Shown here piece by piece: positions 39,653 to 51,653 of a DNA stretch of 64,000 bases. Position 1 is the stretch's first letter, and each line of letters opens with the position of its first letter. This DNA comes from Chlamydiota bacterium (lineage in GTDB: Bacteria; Chlamydiota; Chlamydiia; Chlamydiales; Parachlamydiaceae). Under the pieces are notes generated by a model, which saw nothing but the letters and a program-made list of their open reading frames with translations, was not told the DNA's origin and ran no database searches. The stretch covers positions 10,186-74,185 of the forward strand of contig JBEPVL010000004.1 in NCBI GenBank assembly GCA_041691035.1. The letters run 5' to 3'. Position numbers and translations under genes: made by a program.

Positions 39653-40429
39653 TTACGCCCTTCTTACGCTTGAATAGTGGATAATTTGATTAAACGATTC
39701 TAATAAGAGTGAGGCTCCTCCCACCAACAAACCATCCACATCAGGCTGTTCCATAAAATCCTTTGCATCATTCGGATGCACCGAACCCCCATACTGAATA
39801 ATCACTTTTCCAGCAGTTTCTTTTCCCCACTTTTGACTAACCCATAGGCGGCAGAAACTGTGAATTTTTTGAACTTTTTCTGGAGGATCTGAATGACCTG
39901 ATCCAATTGCCCAGACAGGTTCATAAGCTAGAATGATAGCTGTCATGTGCTCTGCGGAGATATCACCTAGGGATTCCTCCAATTGTTTTTTCAGCACTTC
40001 TTCTGTTTTTCTATTCTTGTGTTCCTGCTCAGTCTCACCTACGCAAAAGATAATCTGAATGTTTTCGGAAATGGCTTTTTTGACTTTGCGGTGGATGAAG
40101 GCATTTGTTTCATTAAAAAGGTGGCGTCTCTCTGAATGGCCTAAAATGACAAACTGCGCTCCTGCATCTTCCAACATATTTGCCGAAATTTCTCCAGTAA
40201 ATGCACCTTCGCTCGCGTCGTTCATGTTTTGCGCTCCTATCATGATTGGAGAGCTCTTGGCTGCATCAGCAGCAGGGCGAATCGCTGTGTATGGGACAGC
40301 GATATAGATCTTAGCTTGGGCATCTCTGATTAAAGGGATCAATCCCTTCACAAAACTCACCGCTTCCTCAATGGTCTTATGCATTTTCCAGTTACCGGCG
40401 ATTACAGGTGTGCGATTTGATGACGTCAT
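39653..40429 (-). CDS. tpiA: triosephosphate isomerase
   Basis: 258 aa. TIM signatures (GNWKMH, AYEPVWAIGSG). Confidence 0.9.
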   Translation of the reverse strand: MTSSNRTPVIAGNWKMHKTIEEAVSFVKGLIPLIRDAQAKIYIAVPYTAIRPAADAAKSSPIMIGAQNMNDASEGAFTGEISANMLEDAGAQFVILGHSERRHLFNETNAFIHRKVKKAISENIQIIFCVGETEQEHKNRKTEEVLKKQLEESLGDISAEHMTAIILAYEPVWAIGSGHSDPPEKVQKIHSFCRLWVSQKWGKETAGKVIIQYGGSVHPNDAKDFMEQPDVDGLLVGGASLLLESFNQIIHYSSVRRA

Positions 40430-41496
40430 ATATCTTTCCTTTTGCTCGTGTCATTTTCCATCAAAGCATTGTATTCACCGCGACGTGCAGCCTGATTGCA
40501 TTTGACTCGATGGTATAGTGCTTGCTGGGCTGCTAATATGTTACCCTCTTTACCCTGCCAAATCTCCAAAGCCGGTTGTTGGATAGCGCGGGCAAATGAA
40601 AATGACAAAGCCCAAGGCAGCTCCGACTTGAATCTGGCATTCATGGCATTCAAACGAGCTGATGCGAGTTCGCAGGATTGCCCACCGGATAAGAACATAA
40701 TTCCTGGAACGGCGGCTGGAACGGTTCGCAAGAGACACTTCACCGTACTGTCGGCCACTTCGTCTACAGATTCTTGCGTAGAGCAGGTCAATCCAGGCAA
40801 TATCATGTTAGGCTTCAAAAGCATGCCTTCAAACATAACGCCTTGTGTGTAAAGTTGGTTGAAAACTGTTCGCAGTACTTCTGCCGTTACCTCGCAGCAC
40901 TGCTTCAAAGTATGTGTGCCGTCCATGAGCACCTCCGGTTCTACGACAGGAACCAATCCATTTTCCTGACATAACGCGGCATAGCAAGCCAAGACTTGAG
41001 CATTGGCTTCGATGCAGCCTCTGCTGGGAATACCATTGCCTATCGCAATAACCGCGCGCCACTTAGCAAAGCGCGCGCCCATTTGAAAATATTCTTTGAG
41101 ACGGTCACGCAAACCATCCAGCCCCTCGGTTATTTTCTCTTGTGGATGACCTGCCATGTCCTTTGCTCCAGTGTCAACTTTAATACCAACAATGATTCCT
41201 GCATCGGCAGCAACTTTAATAAAAGGAGTGCCATCTTTCATGGACTGACGGATAGTCTCATCATAAAGGATAACTCCACTGATACACTCACTTAAACCAG
41301 GAGTGGTCAAAATTAATTCTCGGTAAGCGCGCCGAGTTTCTTCGGTCTGTTGAATACCCAACTTGGCAAATCGTTTATTACAAGTTGGATTACTTTCATC
41401 CATTGCCAGGAGGCCTTTATCGCCGCCAATCAGGACCTGCACCGTACTTATAAGCTGTTGTCCATGCATATTTAATGTCATCCTTTCCATTTCCAA
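40426..41496 (-). CDS. fba: fructose-bisphosphate aldolase, class I (eukaryote-type)
   Basis: 356 aa. LAMDES..T..KRF, and LLKPNM with the Schiff-base Lys. Confidence 0.85.
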   Translation of the reverse strand: MEMERMTLNMHGQQLISTVQVLIGGDKGLLAMDESNPTCNKRFAKLGIQQTEETRRAYRELILTTPGLSECISGVILYDETIRQSMKDGTPFIKVAADAGIIVGIKVDTGAKDMAGHPQEKITEGLDGLRDRLKEYFQMGARFAKWRAVIAIGNGIPSRGCIEANAQVLACYAALCQENGLVPVVEPEVLMDGTHTLKQCCEVTAEVLRTVFNQLYTQGVMFEGMLLKPNMILPGLTCSTQESVDEVADSTVKCLLRTVPAAVPGIMFLSGGQSCELASARLNAMNARFKSELPWALSFSFARAIQQPALEIWQGKEGNILAAQQALYHRVKCNQAARRGEYNALMENDTSKRKDI

Positions 41497-43832
41497 TCAC
41501 GGATTTCCGGCATGTCTTGGCCGTGCTCATCAATATAATGCTTGTGTTCGATGAGCTTGTCTTGCATCATCTGCTTCAAGTACTCTCCCTTAGAACCCAA
41601 ATGAGGCAGACGATCGATCACATCCTGTACAAGGTGAAACCGATCGAGATCATTCTGCACTCGCATATCAAATGCCGTCGTAATCGTACCCTCCTCCTTA
41701 TAGCCGCGAACATGGAGATTCTGGTTGGTTCTTCTATAGGTTAGGCGGTGTACCAACGTGGGATATCCATGGAAACCAAAGATGATATGCTTATCCTTCG
41801 TGAAAAGCGAATCGTAATCCGTTTCGCTTAATCCATGTGGATGCTCGCTCTTGGATTGTATCTTCATCAGATCGACGACATTGACTACGCGAATTTTCAG
41901 ATCGGGAAGATGCTCTCGAAGGATGGAAACGGCAGCCAAAATCTCCAGGGTGGGTGTGTCTCCGCAGCAGGCCATCACTACGTCTGTATCACCGCCTTGA
42001 TCGTTGCTGGCCCATTGCCAAATGCCAATTCCTTCCGTGCAATGCACAACTGCGGCATCCATGTTCAGCCATTGCGGAAGTGGGTGTTTGCCTGCAACCA
42101 CCACATTGACGTAATTACGGCTACGCAGACAGTGATCAAAGACAGACAACAGGCAATTGGCATCGGGCGGCAGATAAACACGTACGATATCGGCCTTCTT
42201 GTTAATGACATGGTCGAGGAAACCAGGATCCTGATGTGTGAATCCATTGTGATCTTGCTGCCAGACGTGGGAGGCAAGGAGGTAGTTCAGCGACGAGATC
42301 TTCCGCCGCCAAGGCAGTTCTAAGCACACCTTCAGCCACTTAGCATGTTGGCTAAACATGGAATCAACGATGCGGATAAACGCTTCATAGCTGTTGAATA
42401 GCCCGTGCCGCCCGGTCAACAAGTATCCCTCCAGCCATCCTTCGCATTGATGCTCGCTGAGCATCGAATCTAAAATGCGTCCTGAAGGTGCAAGGAATTC
42501 ATCATTTTTTACTTCCCGCGCGTCCCACTGGCGGTTGGTGACTTCAAAAACTGCACCCAAGAGGTTCGAGAGTGTTTCATCAGGACCAAAGATACGAAAA
42601 TTACGTTGATCCTGATTCAGCTTTGCCACATCCCGCAGGAACTTACCTAATATGAGCGTATCTTGTCCTTCAATCGCACCAGGTACTGTCACATTTAACG
42701 CATGGTCGTGAAAGTCAGGCATGCGTAAATCTTGTAGCAGAATCCCGCCGTTGGCATGGGGATTGGCTCCCATGCGTCGTTCACCCTTTGGCGCAAGTTC
42801 GGCCAATTCCGCTTTGAGACGGCCATGTTCATCGAATAGTTCCTCGGCCTTATAACTTTTCATCCACTCTTCAAGTAACCTGACGTGTTTAGGATGTTCG
42901 GCATCCACCAGGAGTGGCACCTGGTGCGCTCTAAAGGTACCTTCGATTTGCAAGCCGTCGACTATTTTCGGTCCTGTCCATCCTTTGGGCGACTTGAGGA
43001 CGATCATAGGCCATCTCCGGCGTGTTGTATCGTTCTTGCTTCGTGCATTGCTTTGGATTTGACGGATATCATCGATGGCTTTTTCCATAGCAGTGGCCAT
43101 GAGTTGATGCATCTTTTCCGGCTCATCGCCTTCCACAAAGTAAGGCGTCCATCCACAGCCTCTGAAAAATTGCTCTAACTCATCAGGCTCAATGCGAGCT
43201 AGGACAGTTGGGTTGCTAATTTTATATCCATTGAGATGCAGGATTGGCAGCACGGCACCATCAGTAATTGGATCCAAAAACTTATTGGACTGCCATGCGG
43301 TTGCCAATGGACCCGTTTCCGCCTCACCATCTCCAATAATGCAAGCTACAATTAGATCAGGATTATCAAATGCAGCACCGAAAGCGTGACTGAGTGAATA
43401 TCCCAGTTCGCCGCCTTCGTGAATCGAACCTGGCGTTGTAGGTGCAACGTGGCTGGAAATCCCACCGGGAAATGAAAATTGCTTGAAAAGCTTTTTCATT
43501 CCAGCTTCATTCTGGCTGATATCTGGATAGATTTCGCTATAGCTGCCTTCAAGATAGGTATTGGCTACCAATGCAGGACCGCCATGCCCGGGACCGGCGA
43601 TATAAAACATATCTAAGTCATACTTCTTAATGACTCTGTTCAGATGCACGTAGATGAAATTCTGACCCGGCGTTGTTCCCCAATGTCCGACAACTAATGG
43701 TTTTACATCCGAAAGCTTCAGAGGTTCTTTCAGCAGGGGATTATTATAGAGATAAATTTGCCCGACTGACAGATAGTTCGCGGCGCGCCAATAGGCATTC
43801 ATCTTCTTAAGTAGTTCTGAATCAAGTGTCAT
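41478..43832 (-). CDS. xfp: xylulose-5-phosphate/fructose-6-phosphate phosphoketolase
   Basis: 784 aa. N-terminus [15 protein letters not shown] and TPP-binding motifs. Confidence 0.9.
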   Translation of the reverse strand: MTLDSELLKKMNAYWRAANYLSVGQIYLYNNPLLKEPLKLSDVKPLVVGHWGTTPGQNFIYVHLNRVIKKYDLDMFYIAGPGHGGPALVANTYLEGSYSEIYPDISQNEAGMKKLFKQFSFPGGISSHVAPTTPGSIHEGGELGYSLSHAFGAAFDNPDLIVACIIGDGEAETGPLATAWQSNKFLDPITDGAVLPILHLNGYKISNPTVLARIEPDELEQFFRGCGWTPYFVEGDEPEKMHQLMATAMEKAIDDIRQIQSNARSKNDTTRRRWPMIVLKSPKGWTGPKIVDGLQIEGTFRAHQVPLLVDAEHPKHVRLLEEWMKSYKAEELFDEHGRLKAELAELAPKGERRMGANPHANGGILLQDLRMPDFHDHALNVTVPGAIEGQDTLILGKFLRDVAKLNQDQRNFRIFGPDETLSNLLGAVFEVTNRQWDAREVKNDEFLAPSGRILDSMLSEHQCEGWLEGYLLTGRHGLFNSYEAFIRIVDSMFSQHAKWLKVCLELPWRRKISSLNYLLASHVWQQDHNGFTHQDPGFLDHVINKKADIVRVYLPPDANCLLSVFDHCLRSRNYVNVVVAGKHPLPQWLNMDAAVVHCTEGIGIWQWASNDQGGDTDVVMACCGDTPTLEILAAVSILREHLPDLKIRVVNVVDLMKIQSKSEHPHGLSETDYDSLFTKDKHIIFGFHGYPTLVHRLTYRRTNQNLHVRGYKEEGTITTAFDMRVQNDLDRFHLVQDVIDRLPHLGSKGEYLKQMMQDKLIEHKHYIDEHGQDMPEIRDWKWKG

Positions 43833-43835
43833 ATA

Positions 43836-46331
43836 TCACCTTTGCCATATAATTTGATTGTTTTCTAAAGGGACTGCAACGCCTGGAAAACAGGGAATTA
43901 CTCGTATTGTAAAATCCGTTATAGGTCGCTTTGCCGCTACATCTGCGAAATAGTGATTTACCTTTTCTTGTTTCATTGGAGAGGACTCATTAGATCCATT
44001 TGCAAAAAGCTCCACTTTTACCATATTTGGATCTAGACCATTGAAATCGATCTGTATTTCAAAATGATGGTGATCGCCCTGTGTCTCTGCTTTCATCGCT
44101 TCGAATCGAAGTTTTGACATGCCCTCTTCCATAGCGTGTTTCCACTTGACGATCTCTTTAGCTACACGTCCTTCATCTGCAACTCTTTTTCTATAGTTTT
44201 CAGCAGCAGGCAGATAATACTTTTCTGTGTAATCGCTAACAGATCGATTTGTGCTAAATTGAGGTGTCAATTGCGCCATGCTCTCTCGTACGTGAGAGAG
44301 CCAAGCTGTTGGAATGCCTTCTTTATTTCGATTATAAAATTCAGGAATCACTTCTTTTTCTAATAGATCATAGAGTTGATTTGCCTCATGAGCATCCCAA
44401 GCAGGATCATCACCATGTTCATTCCCATCTCCGATGGCCCATCCTATTTCTGGCTTATAGGCCTCAGCCCACCATCCATCGAGCTCGGATAGATTAAGCC
44501 CTCCGTTAACGAGAATTTTCATTCCACTAGTTCCACAAGCTTCCCAAGGACGACGAGGAGTATTGATCCAAAGATCAACGCCTCCAACAAGCTGCTCTGT
44601 TACGAACATATCATAATCACTTACAAAGACGACTGAAGCGCGAACCTCATGTCTCCAGATAAAGTGCATCCATTGTTGAATCAAATTCTGTCCTTCTTTA
44701 TCTGCAGGATGCGCTTTGCCCGCAAGAACCAGCTGCACGGGTCTTTCTTTGTTGGTCAAAATGCGGATCAGCCGTTCGGGATCATGAAGCAGCATGTTTG
44801 GTCTTTTATAGGAGGCAAACCGCCGAGCAAAGCCCATAGTAAAGACATTCGGATCAAATTGATGTTTTGCTTGTTCGACATCTTGTGATGACGCGCCTCG
44901 AGCTTCTAATAGCCTTGATAGCGTATCCCGAATATATTCGATCATTTCTTTGCGAGCAGCCCCTCGCATTTGCCAGATTTTATCATCCGGTACAGCCCGA
45001 ATCTTTTTTTCAAGATCGCCTATTTCTCCCAGCCAACGGTTTTTCCCGCAAGCTTCCGTCCAAAGATTGTCAGACATAGCAGAATCCCAACTTCTCACAT
45101 GAATTCCATTTGTTACATGCCCAACTGGAGTCTCATTGGTTGGCCACCTTGGAAAAAGAGGTGCAAAGATCTGACGGCTCACCTTCTCATGCAAGAGACT
45201 AACCGCATTGACAGCGCCGCTGCCGCGCATCGCCAAATAAGCCATGTTGAACGGCTCTTCAGAATTATGGGGATTTTCTCGCCCCAAGGCGAGGAGCTCA
45301 TCCACAGATATCCCGAGATATTCCTTAGCATAAAAACCAAGATAGTCTTTTATAAAAGAGGGATTAAAACGATCAAATCCTGCAGGTACAGCCGTATGGG
45401 TAGTAAAGAGATTTCCCGCTCGTGTTGCAGTCAGTGCAACCTCAAAAGAGCAGCCAGTCGATTTTCTGTAGCTTTTCGCCCTTTCTAGAATAGCAAAAGC
45501 AGCATGTCCTTCATTTAAGTGACATACCTCCGGCTTAATTCCCATGGCTTCGAGCAGTCGCCATCCGCCGATTCCCAGCACGAGTTCCTGTTTCAGCCGG
45601 AGTTCCGCATCTCCTCCGTACAACTCAGCTGTAATTGCCCGATGTGGAGGATAGTTAGCTGCATCATTGCTATCTAAAAGGTAGAGCTTGACTCTTCCCA
45701 CTTTGACCTCCCATGCGCGAAGCCAAAGTTTCCAACCTGGCAGAGCAATCTCAATCCGCAGCCATTCTCCATTTGGTAAACGGGCTGGTTTTATAGGCAA
45801 TTGCTCTGGACTATTGTAAGGATAAAGCGCCTGCTGCGCTCCATTTTTATCGATGATCTGCCGAAAATAGCCCTGTTGGTACAAAAGTCCAATGCCAACT
45901 ACGGGCACCCCTAAGTCATTAACAGCTTTGAGTTGATCTCCAGCTACATTTCCAAGCCCCCCTGAATAGATTGGGAGAGCTTCGCTCAACATAAATTCCA
46001 TGCTGAAGTAGGCAACGGCAGTCAATGCTGTTTGGGGATGTTTTTTATGAAACCAGGTGTCATTCGTTGCATGGAGTTTAGTATCGGCTAGTTTAAGCTC
46101 GTGGATGATTTTACAAAAGTTCGGATCGGCAAGAACTGTTTTTAATTTTTCTTTGGAAACCGTCTGTAAAATCACCAAGGGATTACGCGTGAGAGCCCAA
46201 ATCTCGGGATCAAGTTCTTTCCAGATAATATCTGCTCTATGATCCCAGGACCAGATCAAATCGTATGCAATCTCTTTTAACACTTCGTAGTCCTTAAACC
46301 CTTCGTCTTTAAAGTCTCGTTGGTTCAACAT
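43836..46331 (-). CDS. glgP: alpha-glucan (glycogen) phosphorylase, GT35 family, DUF3417-type
   Basis: 831 aa. N-terminal DUF3417-like region plus the phosphorylase core. Confidence 0.8.
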   Translation of the reverse strand: MLNQRDFKDEGFKDYEVLKEIAYDLIWSWDHRADIIWKELDPEIWALTRNPLVILQTVSKEKLKTVLADPNFCKIIHELKLADTKLHATNDTWFHKKHPQTALTAVAYFSMEFMLSEALPIYSGGLGNVAGDQLKAVNDLGVPVVGIGLLYQQGYFRQIIDKNGAQQALYPYNSPEQLPIKPARLPNGEWLRIEIALPGWKLWLRAWEVKVGRVKLYLLDSNDAANYPPHRAITAELYGGDAELRLKQELVLGIGGWRLLEAMGIKPEVCHLNEGHAAFAILERAKSYRKSTGCSFEVALTATRAGNLFTTHTAVPAGFDRFNPSFIKDYLGFYAKEYLGISVDELLALGRENPHNSEEPFNMAYLAMRGSGAVNAVSLLHEKVSRQIFAPLFPRWPTNETPVGHVTNGIHVRSWDSAMSDNLWTEACGKNRWLGEIGDLEKKIRAVPDDKIWQMRGAARKEMIEYIRDTLSRLLEARGASSQDVEQAKHQFDPNVFTMGFARRFASYKRPNMLLHDPERLIRILTNKERPVQLVLAGKAHPADKEGQNLIQQWMHFIWRHEVRASVVFVSDYDMFVTEQLVGGVDLWINTPRRPWEACGTSGMKILVNGGLNLSELDGWWAEAYKPEIGWAIGDGNEHGDDPAWDAHEANQLYDLLEKEVIPEFYNRNKEGIPTAWLSHVRESMAQLTPQFSTNRSVSDYTEKYYLPAAENYRKRVADEGRVAKEIVKWKHAMEEGMSKLRFEAMKAETQGDHHHFEIQIDFNGLDPNMVKVELFANGSNESSPMKQEKVNHYFADVAAKRPITDFTIRVIPCFPGVAVPLENNQIIWQR

Positions 46332-47968
46332 TTTATTCCTTTATCTACAAGGGATTGCGCTTCTTCGAGAATACGGTTTAAATGATCTTTTCCTAGGAAG
46401 CTCTCGGCGTAAATTTTATAAATATCTTCAGTCCCGGAAGGGCGGGCTGCGAACCATCCATTTTTGGCAATTACCTTTAAACCTCCAATGGGAGCACCAT
46501 TTCCTGGAGCATTTGTGAGAATGGCTTCGATTTTTTCTCCGGCTAATTCCTTTGATTGCACTTGATTAGGGGAGAGTTTTGCTAGTCGCTTTTTCTGTTC
46601 GGCAGTAGCAGCTGCTTCGACCCTGTCGTAGATCGGTTCGCCAAATTCCTTGGTTAACTCTCGATAGAGTTCGCCTGGATCGCGTCCCATCCGTGCCGTT
46701 ATTTCTCCGGCCAGCAAAGCCGGAATTATTCCATCTTTATCGGTTGTCCAGACAGTGCCGTCTTTTCTCAAGAAACTGGCCCCCGCGCTCTCCTCTCCTC
46801 CAAATCCAAGCGAGCCATCGAGTAAACCATCGACGAACCATTTGAATCCTACAGGCACTTCAACCAAATTTCTTCCCAGCTTTTTTGTCACTCGGTCGAT
46901 CATCTGGCTACTTACTATTGTTTTCCCAACGGCAGATTTCTGACCCCAATTAGGCCTATGCTGGAAAAGATAGAGGATAGCGACTGACAGGTAGTGATTA
47001 GGAGGGAGCAATCCGCTGCTTTTCGTTACGATCCCATGCCTATCGTGATCTGTATCGCAGGCAAAAGCGATTTGGAACTGATCTTTTAAACCAATCAACC
47101 GCTGCATTGCGTAAGGCGAGGAGGGATCCATCCGAATCTGCCCATCCCAATCGACTGTCATAAACCGAAATGTCTGATCGACTTCTTTATTTACGACCGT
47201 TAGATCAAGACCATACCGCTCGGCTATCGGCTGCCAATAATGGACGCCCGCTCCGCCAAGCGGATCTACACCCAGATGAATCTTTGCATTCCGAATCACT
47301 TCCATGTCAATGACAGACCCAAGATCCTCTATGTAAGCTCTAAGGTAATTATGTCGATGTGCTATCGAAGATTTTATAGCTTTCTCATAAGAAATTCGTT
47401 TTACGCTCTTTAGCTTTTCCTTAAGAAGCGCGTTTGCTCTTGCTTCGATCCAGTTCGTAATTTGTACATCGGCCGGGCCGCCATTAGAAGCATTGTATTT
47501 AAATCCTCCGACATCTGGAGGGTTATGCGAAGGGGTAATTACAATCCCATCAGCAAATCCCTCTTTTCGTCCTCGATTATAGCAAAGAATCGCATGAGAA
47601 ATCGCAGGAGTTGGAGTATACTCATCATTTTCTGATAGCATGACTTCAACGTCATTGGCCGCCAGAACTTCAAGAGCACTTGCGAGAGCTGGCTCGGAGA
47701 GTGCATGCGTATCCATGCCCATAAATAAAGGGCCTTCGATTTTGTTTGCCTTGCGCCATTCACAGATCGCCTGGGTAATTGCTAGAATGTGCCACTCATT
47801 GAATCCTTTTTTGAAAGAAGAACCTCGGTGCCCAGAAGTGCCAAAGACAACGCGCTCTTCCGGAAGAGCCTGATCCGGAATTTCTGAATAATAAGCCGTA
47901 ATGAGCCTAGCCACATTAACGAGAATTGAAGCGGGGGCAGGCTTTCCTGCGAGAGGGCTTATTTTCAT
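46325..47968 (-). CDS. pgm: phosphoglucomutase (alpha-D-glucose phosphate-specific)
   Basis: 547 aa. TPSHNP active-site Ser loop. Confidence 0.9.
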   Translation of the reverse strand: MKISPLAGKPAPASILVNVARLITAYYSEIPDQALPEERVVFGTSGHRGSSFKKGFNEWHILAITQAICEWRKANKIEGPLFMGMDTHALSEPALASALEVLAANDVEVMLSENDEYTPTPAISHAILCYNRGRKEGFADGIVITPSHNPPDVGGFKYNASNGGPADVQITNWIEARANALLKEKLKSVKRISYEKAIKSSIAHRHNYLRAYIEDLGSVIDMEVIRNAKIHLGVDPLGGAGVHYWQPIAERYGLDLTVVNKEVDQTFRFMTVDWDGQIRMDPSSPYAMQRLIGLKDQFQIAFACDTDHDRHGIVTKSSGLLPPNHYLSVAILYLFQHRPNWGQKSAVGKTIVSSQMIDRVTKKLGRNLVEVPVGFKWFVDGLLDGSLGFGGEESAGASFLRKDGTVWTTDKDGIIPALLAGEITARMGRDPGELYRELTKEFGEPIYDRVEAAATAEQKKRLAKLSPNQVQSKELAGEKIEAILTNAPGNGAPIGGLKVIAKNGWFAARPSGTEDIYKIYAESFLGKDHLNRILEEAQSLVDKGIKC

Positions 47969-48609
47969 TTAATTCCTTTTAGAGTGGAAAGTTTGGTGCA
48001 TGTCGATTCATAATCAGTATGAAGGATGCTTTTGATCCCCAATCCTTGAGCGACTTCTACAAACAGTGGAGTATTTTCAATATACACTACCCGCTCAGCT
48101 GGGACTTGTGCTATATCCAAAGCGAGACGGAAAATATCTTCATCTGGTTTACGCAAGTGCACGATACAGGAAGAAATAAAAAAATCTACAAACTTACCTA
48201 ATTTAAATTTTTTTATTCTATATTCATTTAACTCATTACTTTCATTGCTAACTACGGCGATTTTAAGTCCATGCTGAACCTTAAATTTAAGAATCAAATC
48301 GATCATTTTTGGAAAAGGCTTTGATTGTTCAAACATAAATTTCTGAAAATCACCTTTAGAAAACTTTCGCTTCCGATAAAACACGACTCTATTTAAATAA
48401 TTCTCAAGCGTGAGCTTACCCATTTCGAATGTATCAGCGTTTAGGTGATGCCGGTTTTCCATCTCTTCTAAATCAAGATCGAATTTTTGTGACGCCAGCA
48501 TGCGGGAGTGTCTATCCCATCCATTGGTCAAAAGAACTCCGCCAACATCTATAAACAATGTTGTCATCGATATTGACTTTTTCACGGGATTTCCTTTTTT
48601 TGCATCCAA
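47965..48609 (-). CDS. HAD-superfamily hydrolase
   Basis: 214 aa. N-terminal FIDVGGVLL DxG-type motif and a C-terminal HAD motif. Confidence 0.6.
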   Translation of the reverse strand: MDAKKGNPVKKSISMTTLFIDVGGVLLTNGWDRHSRMLASQKFDLDLEEMENRHHLNADTFEMGKLTLENYLNRVVFYRKRKFSKGDFQKFMFEQSKPFPKMIDLILKFKVQHGLKIAVVSNESNELNEYRIKKFKLGKFVDFFISSCIVHLRKPDEDIFRLALDIAQVPAERVVYIENTPLFVEVAQGLGIKSILHTDYESTCTKLSTLKGIK

Positions 48610-48690
48610 AAAAATGGGTGCTAACTGGCACTCATAAAATCAACTCTTTTTTTTATTCAATGAATATCATATTTATGATATCCATCAAAT

Positions 48691-49812
48691 ATGAAAATTC
48701 TTATTTTAAATCGCGGATCGAGCAGCGTTAAGTGCTGTCTATACGATTTTTCCAAATTACCAGATAGCTCAGAGGATCCCTTATGGGAAAAAAAGATCGA
48801 ATGGAAAAACATTAGCAAAGAAGGAACGTCAAAGATCCGAGAGGATCTCCATTCTTTGTTGTCAGGTAAAGAAATCGATTGTATTGGGCACCGCATTGTC
48901 CATGGCGGTAAAAAATATGAAGAAAGCGTATTCATCGATGCGGATGTCAAAAAAGAGATACGCAACCTTGCAGATCTTGCACCTCTTCATAATTTAGCCG
49001 ATCTTGAAGGAATTGATATCTTAGAAAAATTTTTCCCAGGTAAACCTCAAATAGCTGTTTTTGATACGGCTTTTCACCATACCTTGCCAGAATCTGCCAA
49101 AATCTATCCGGGTCCCTATGAATGGGTTCAAATGGGAATTCAACGTTTTGGTTTTCACGGAACGAGCTTCCAATATTGTTCAAGAAGGGCTGTTGAAATC
49201 TTAGGGAAAGAGCCGCATAGAATGGTCATTTGCCATTTAGGTTCCGGCGCCTCTCTTTGTGCCGTTAAGAACGGAAAAAGCATTGACACGACGATGGGGC
49301 TCACACCCTTAGAGGGGTTAATGATGGACACCCGATCTGGTACTGTCGACCCAGGCATTCTGCTTTATCTTTTGGAGAAAAAAGGAAGAACAGTTAAAAA
49401 GCTTTCCACTGAATTGTATGAGAAATCGGGATTATTGGGGCTTTCTGGAATATCAAGCGATATGCGCGATATCTTGGAAAAAGCATCAGAGGGCAATATT
49501 CGAGCTCAGCTGGCCATTGATGTCTATGTCCATCGATTAATCTTCATGATTGGTTCTATGGTAGCCTCTTTGGATGGCATCGACACTCTCATTTTCACAG
49601 CTGGAATTGGAGAAAATGCTTCTCTCATTAGAGAACAGGTTTGCGATCGTCTTTCATTTCTTGGTATTAATCTTTCTAAACATCAACAAAGCAACTCGGA
49701 AGACTATGTCATTTCTTCGCCTATTTCAAAAGTCAAAGTTCTTGTTATTCATACAAAAGAAGCCTTTGAAATAGCGCGAGAATGTTGGAAAAAAATGAAT
49801 AACAAGAAGTGA
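48691..49812 (+). CDS. ackA: acetate kinase
   Basis: 373 aa. ILILNRGSSSVKCCLY N-terminus and GHRIVHGG. Confidence 0.9.
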   Translation: MKILILNRGSSSVKCCLYDFSKLPDSSEDPLWEKKIEWKNISKEGTSKIREDLHSLLSGKEIDCIGHRIVHGGKKYEESVFIDADVKKEIRNLADLAPLHNLADLEGIDILEKFFPGKPQIAVFDTAFHHTLPESAKIYPGPYEWVQMGIQRFGFHGTSFQYCSRRAVEILGKEPHRMVICHLGSGASLCAVKNGKSIDTTMGLTPLEGLMMDTRSGTVDPGILLYLLEKKGRTVKKLSTELYEKSGLLGLSGISSDMRDILEKASEGNIRAQLAIDVYVHRLIFMIGSMVASLDGIDTLIFTAGIGENASLIREQVCDRLSFLGINLSKHQQSNSEDYVISSPISKVKVLVIHTKEAFEIARECWKKMNNKK

Positions 49813-50019
49813 GGATTTTATAAACAACAGAAATCGATGAATTTTTAGAGGAATTGCATTTGTTATGTCATATTCCACAGAAGATGTATGCGAGTACGAC
49901 GAATGTTATATCAAAATAATATTTATATATACATGTTGAAGAATGTGCCTATCAGGACAATAGTGGTGGTCGCAGCGACTAGTGTTAGAGTCCTAAAAAT
50001 ACATAACAGGAGTTTTTTT

Positions 50020-50295
50020 ATGAACAAGGATACCTTGCACGGCGATTGGAATGTTGTTAAAGGAAAAATTAAAGAGAAATGGGGGAAACTTACAGATGAC
50101 GACCTTACGGAAATCAAAGGAAAGAGGGATCAGCTATTAGGCAAGCTCCAAAAGAAATATGGTTTTGCTAAAGAACGGGCAGAACAAGAACTTTCTGAAT
50201 GGGAAAAGTGCTGTGATCATGAGTGCAAAAGCAAAGATCAAGATGCTCGAGAAAAGGAAACTAGTATTTCTGCCAAGCATACAAGCAAGCCGTAA
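50020..50295 (+). CDS. CsbD-family general stress protein with Cys-rich C-terminal extension
   Basis: KGKIKEKWGKLTDDDL..IKGKRDQLLGKLQKKYG. Internal start at Met45 of the long ORF. Confidence 0.7.
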   Translation: MNKDTLHGDWNVVKGKIKEKWGKLTDDDLTEIKGKRDQLLGKLQKKYGFAKERAEQELSEWEKCCDHECKSKDQDAREKETSISAKHTSKP

Positions 50296-50339
50296 TATTG
50301 TTTATCAAGCTTCAAAAACCAACTTATAGGAGAAAAAAA

Positions 50340-51188
50340 ATGAAAAAAATATTTGCTCTAATAGCTCTAGGATCTGTTTCTATGGTATCTGCAGATCAAT
50401 ACAGTCAACCTTATGGTTATCAATCAAATGGTTGCCCATCTTGCTATAATGGCGGGGAAAATTATCAAGATCAACAGAATAATGCTTATTATCAGAAAGG
50501 GAGGGATAATGAATATCAGGGGCAGCAACAGTCCCAATATCAAAGGAATAATCAACCAAATTATCAACAACAACCCCATCGGAATCAGCCTTATAACCAG
50601 AATCAACAAAATGATCAGAACAATCAGCCCTATTATCAAGATCAACAGAAAGGTTATGATAATAATCGTGGCTATGGCAACTCTTCAGATCAAGAAATTG
50701 ACAAAAAAATCCGTGATACCCTCAGCTCCGGCTGGTTTTCGAAAGGATTTCAAGATGTTGATTTTAAAGTGAATAATGGAAATGTACTCCTCACTGGCTC
50801 TGTCAATACGCTTGAAAACAAGAATAAAGTCGAAGATAGCGTGAAAAAAATTGATGGTGTTAGACAAGTGAACAATCAAATCACAATCGTTAAAGAAAGT
50901 ACAGGTAACTATTCTGATTCCCAATTGCAAAACTCCGAAAAAAAATATCCTCAAGATTTTGCGTCTAACCCACAAGATAGACAATTGAATGCAACAATCC
51001 GTGATAAATTGGGTAGTGGTTGGTTTTCAAAAGGCTACGAGACATTGGTGATTAGAACGACTAATGGTGTCGTTGTTGTCAGTGGAACCGTTGATAAAGC
51101 CGAAGATATTCAAAAAATAAGTGATCAGATTAAAGATGTTGAAGGCGTTAAGTCTGTTAACAATCAGCTCTCTGTGAGAAACAGATAA
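50340..51188 (+). CDS. secreted Q/N/Y-rich protein with two BON domains (OsmY-like)
   Basis: Signal peptide MKKIFALIALGSVSMVSA. About 100-aa Q/N-rich low-complexity region. Two BON-like segments (IRDTLSSGWFSKG... and IRDKLGSGWFSKG...). Confidence 0.7.
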   Translation: MKKIFALIALGSVSMVSADQYSQPYGYQSNGCPSCYNGGENYQDQQNNAYYQKGRDNEYQGQQQSQYQRNNQPNYQQQPHRNQPYNQNQQNDQNNQPYYQDQQKGYDNNRGYGNSSDQEIDKKIRDTLSSGWFSKGFQDVDFKVNNGNVLLTGSVNTLENKNKVEDSVKKIDGVRQVNNQITIVKESTGNYSDSQLQNSEKKYPQDFASNPQDRQLNATIRDKLGSGWFSKGYETLVIRTTNGVVVVSGTVDKAEDIQKISDQIKDVEGVKSVNNQLSVRNR

Positions 51189-51360
51189 CTTGTCCAGGAG
51201 AGGCCACTTTTTGTGGCTTCTCCCTTGTCTTGATCGCCCTTTCCTCTTATTAACCTAGAAACTGCGCGTTAGCATGAAGCATAACGTTTGTAAAACCATT
51301 GCTTTACCTGCTCAACAGAATGGGGATATATTATATACTATTCAAACAAAGAGGCTACCT

Positions 51361-51603
51361 ATGTTAAATCCTAAAAAATTAGGCGTTTCTGGAGGAATAC
51401 TTTGGTCCATATGCATGTTCATCTGCACTATCCTTGCCATATACACAGGATATTCCACACAATTTCTAAATTTAATGAGTAGTATTTATCCAGGTTATTC
51501 AATTTCTTGGCTCGGATCTATCATTGGCCTGGTTTATGGATTTGTAGATGCCTTTGTTGGTCTATTCCTTTTGGCTTGGCTTTATAACAAGCTTGATATC
51601 TAG
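51361..51603 (+). CDS. small integral membrane protein (2 TM)
   Basis: 80 aa from the internal ATG. Hydrophobic helices. Confidence 0.4.
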   Translation: MLNPKKLGVSGGILWSICMFICTILAIYTGYSTQFLNLMSSIYPGYSISWLGSIIGLVYGFVDAFVGLFLLAWLYNKLDI

Positions 51604-51653
51604 ACAGACAATAAGATGCCTGAAAAGCCCATACATTTGAAGGAAGGTCACTT

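Noticed and set aside
51195-51225. Hairpin GAGAGGCCAC-ttttt-GTGGCTTCTC after the BON gene
   Set aside because: It has one mismatch and no downstream U-run, so it is only a weak terminator candidate and was not listed as a feature.
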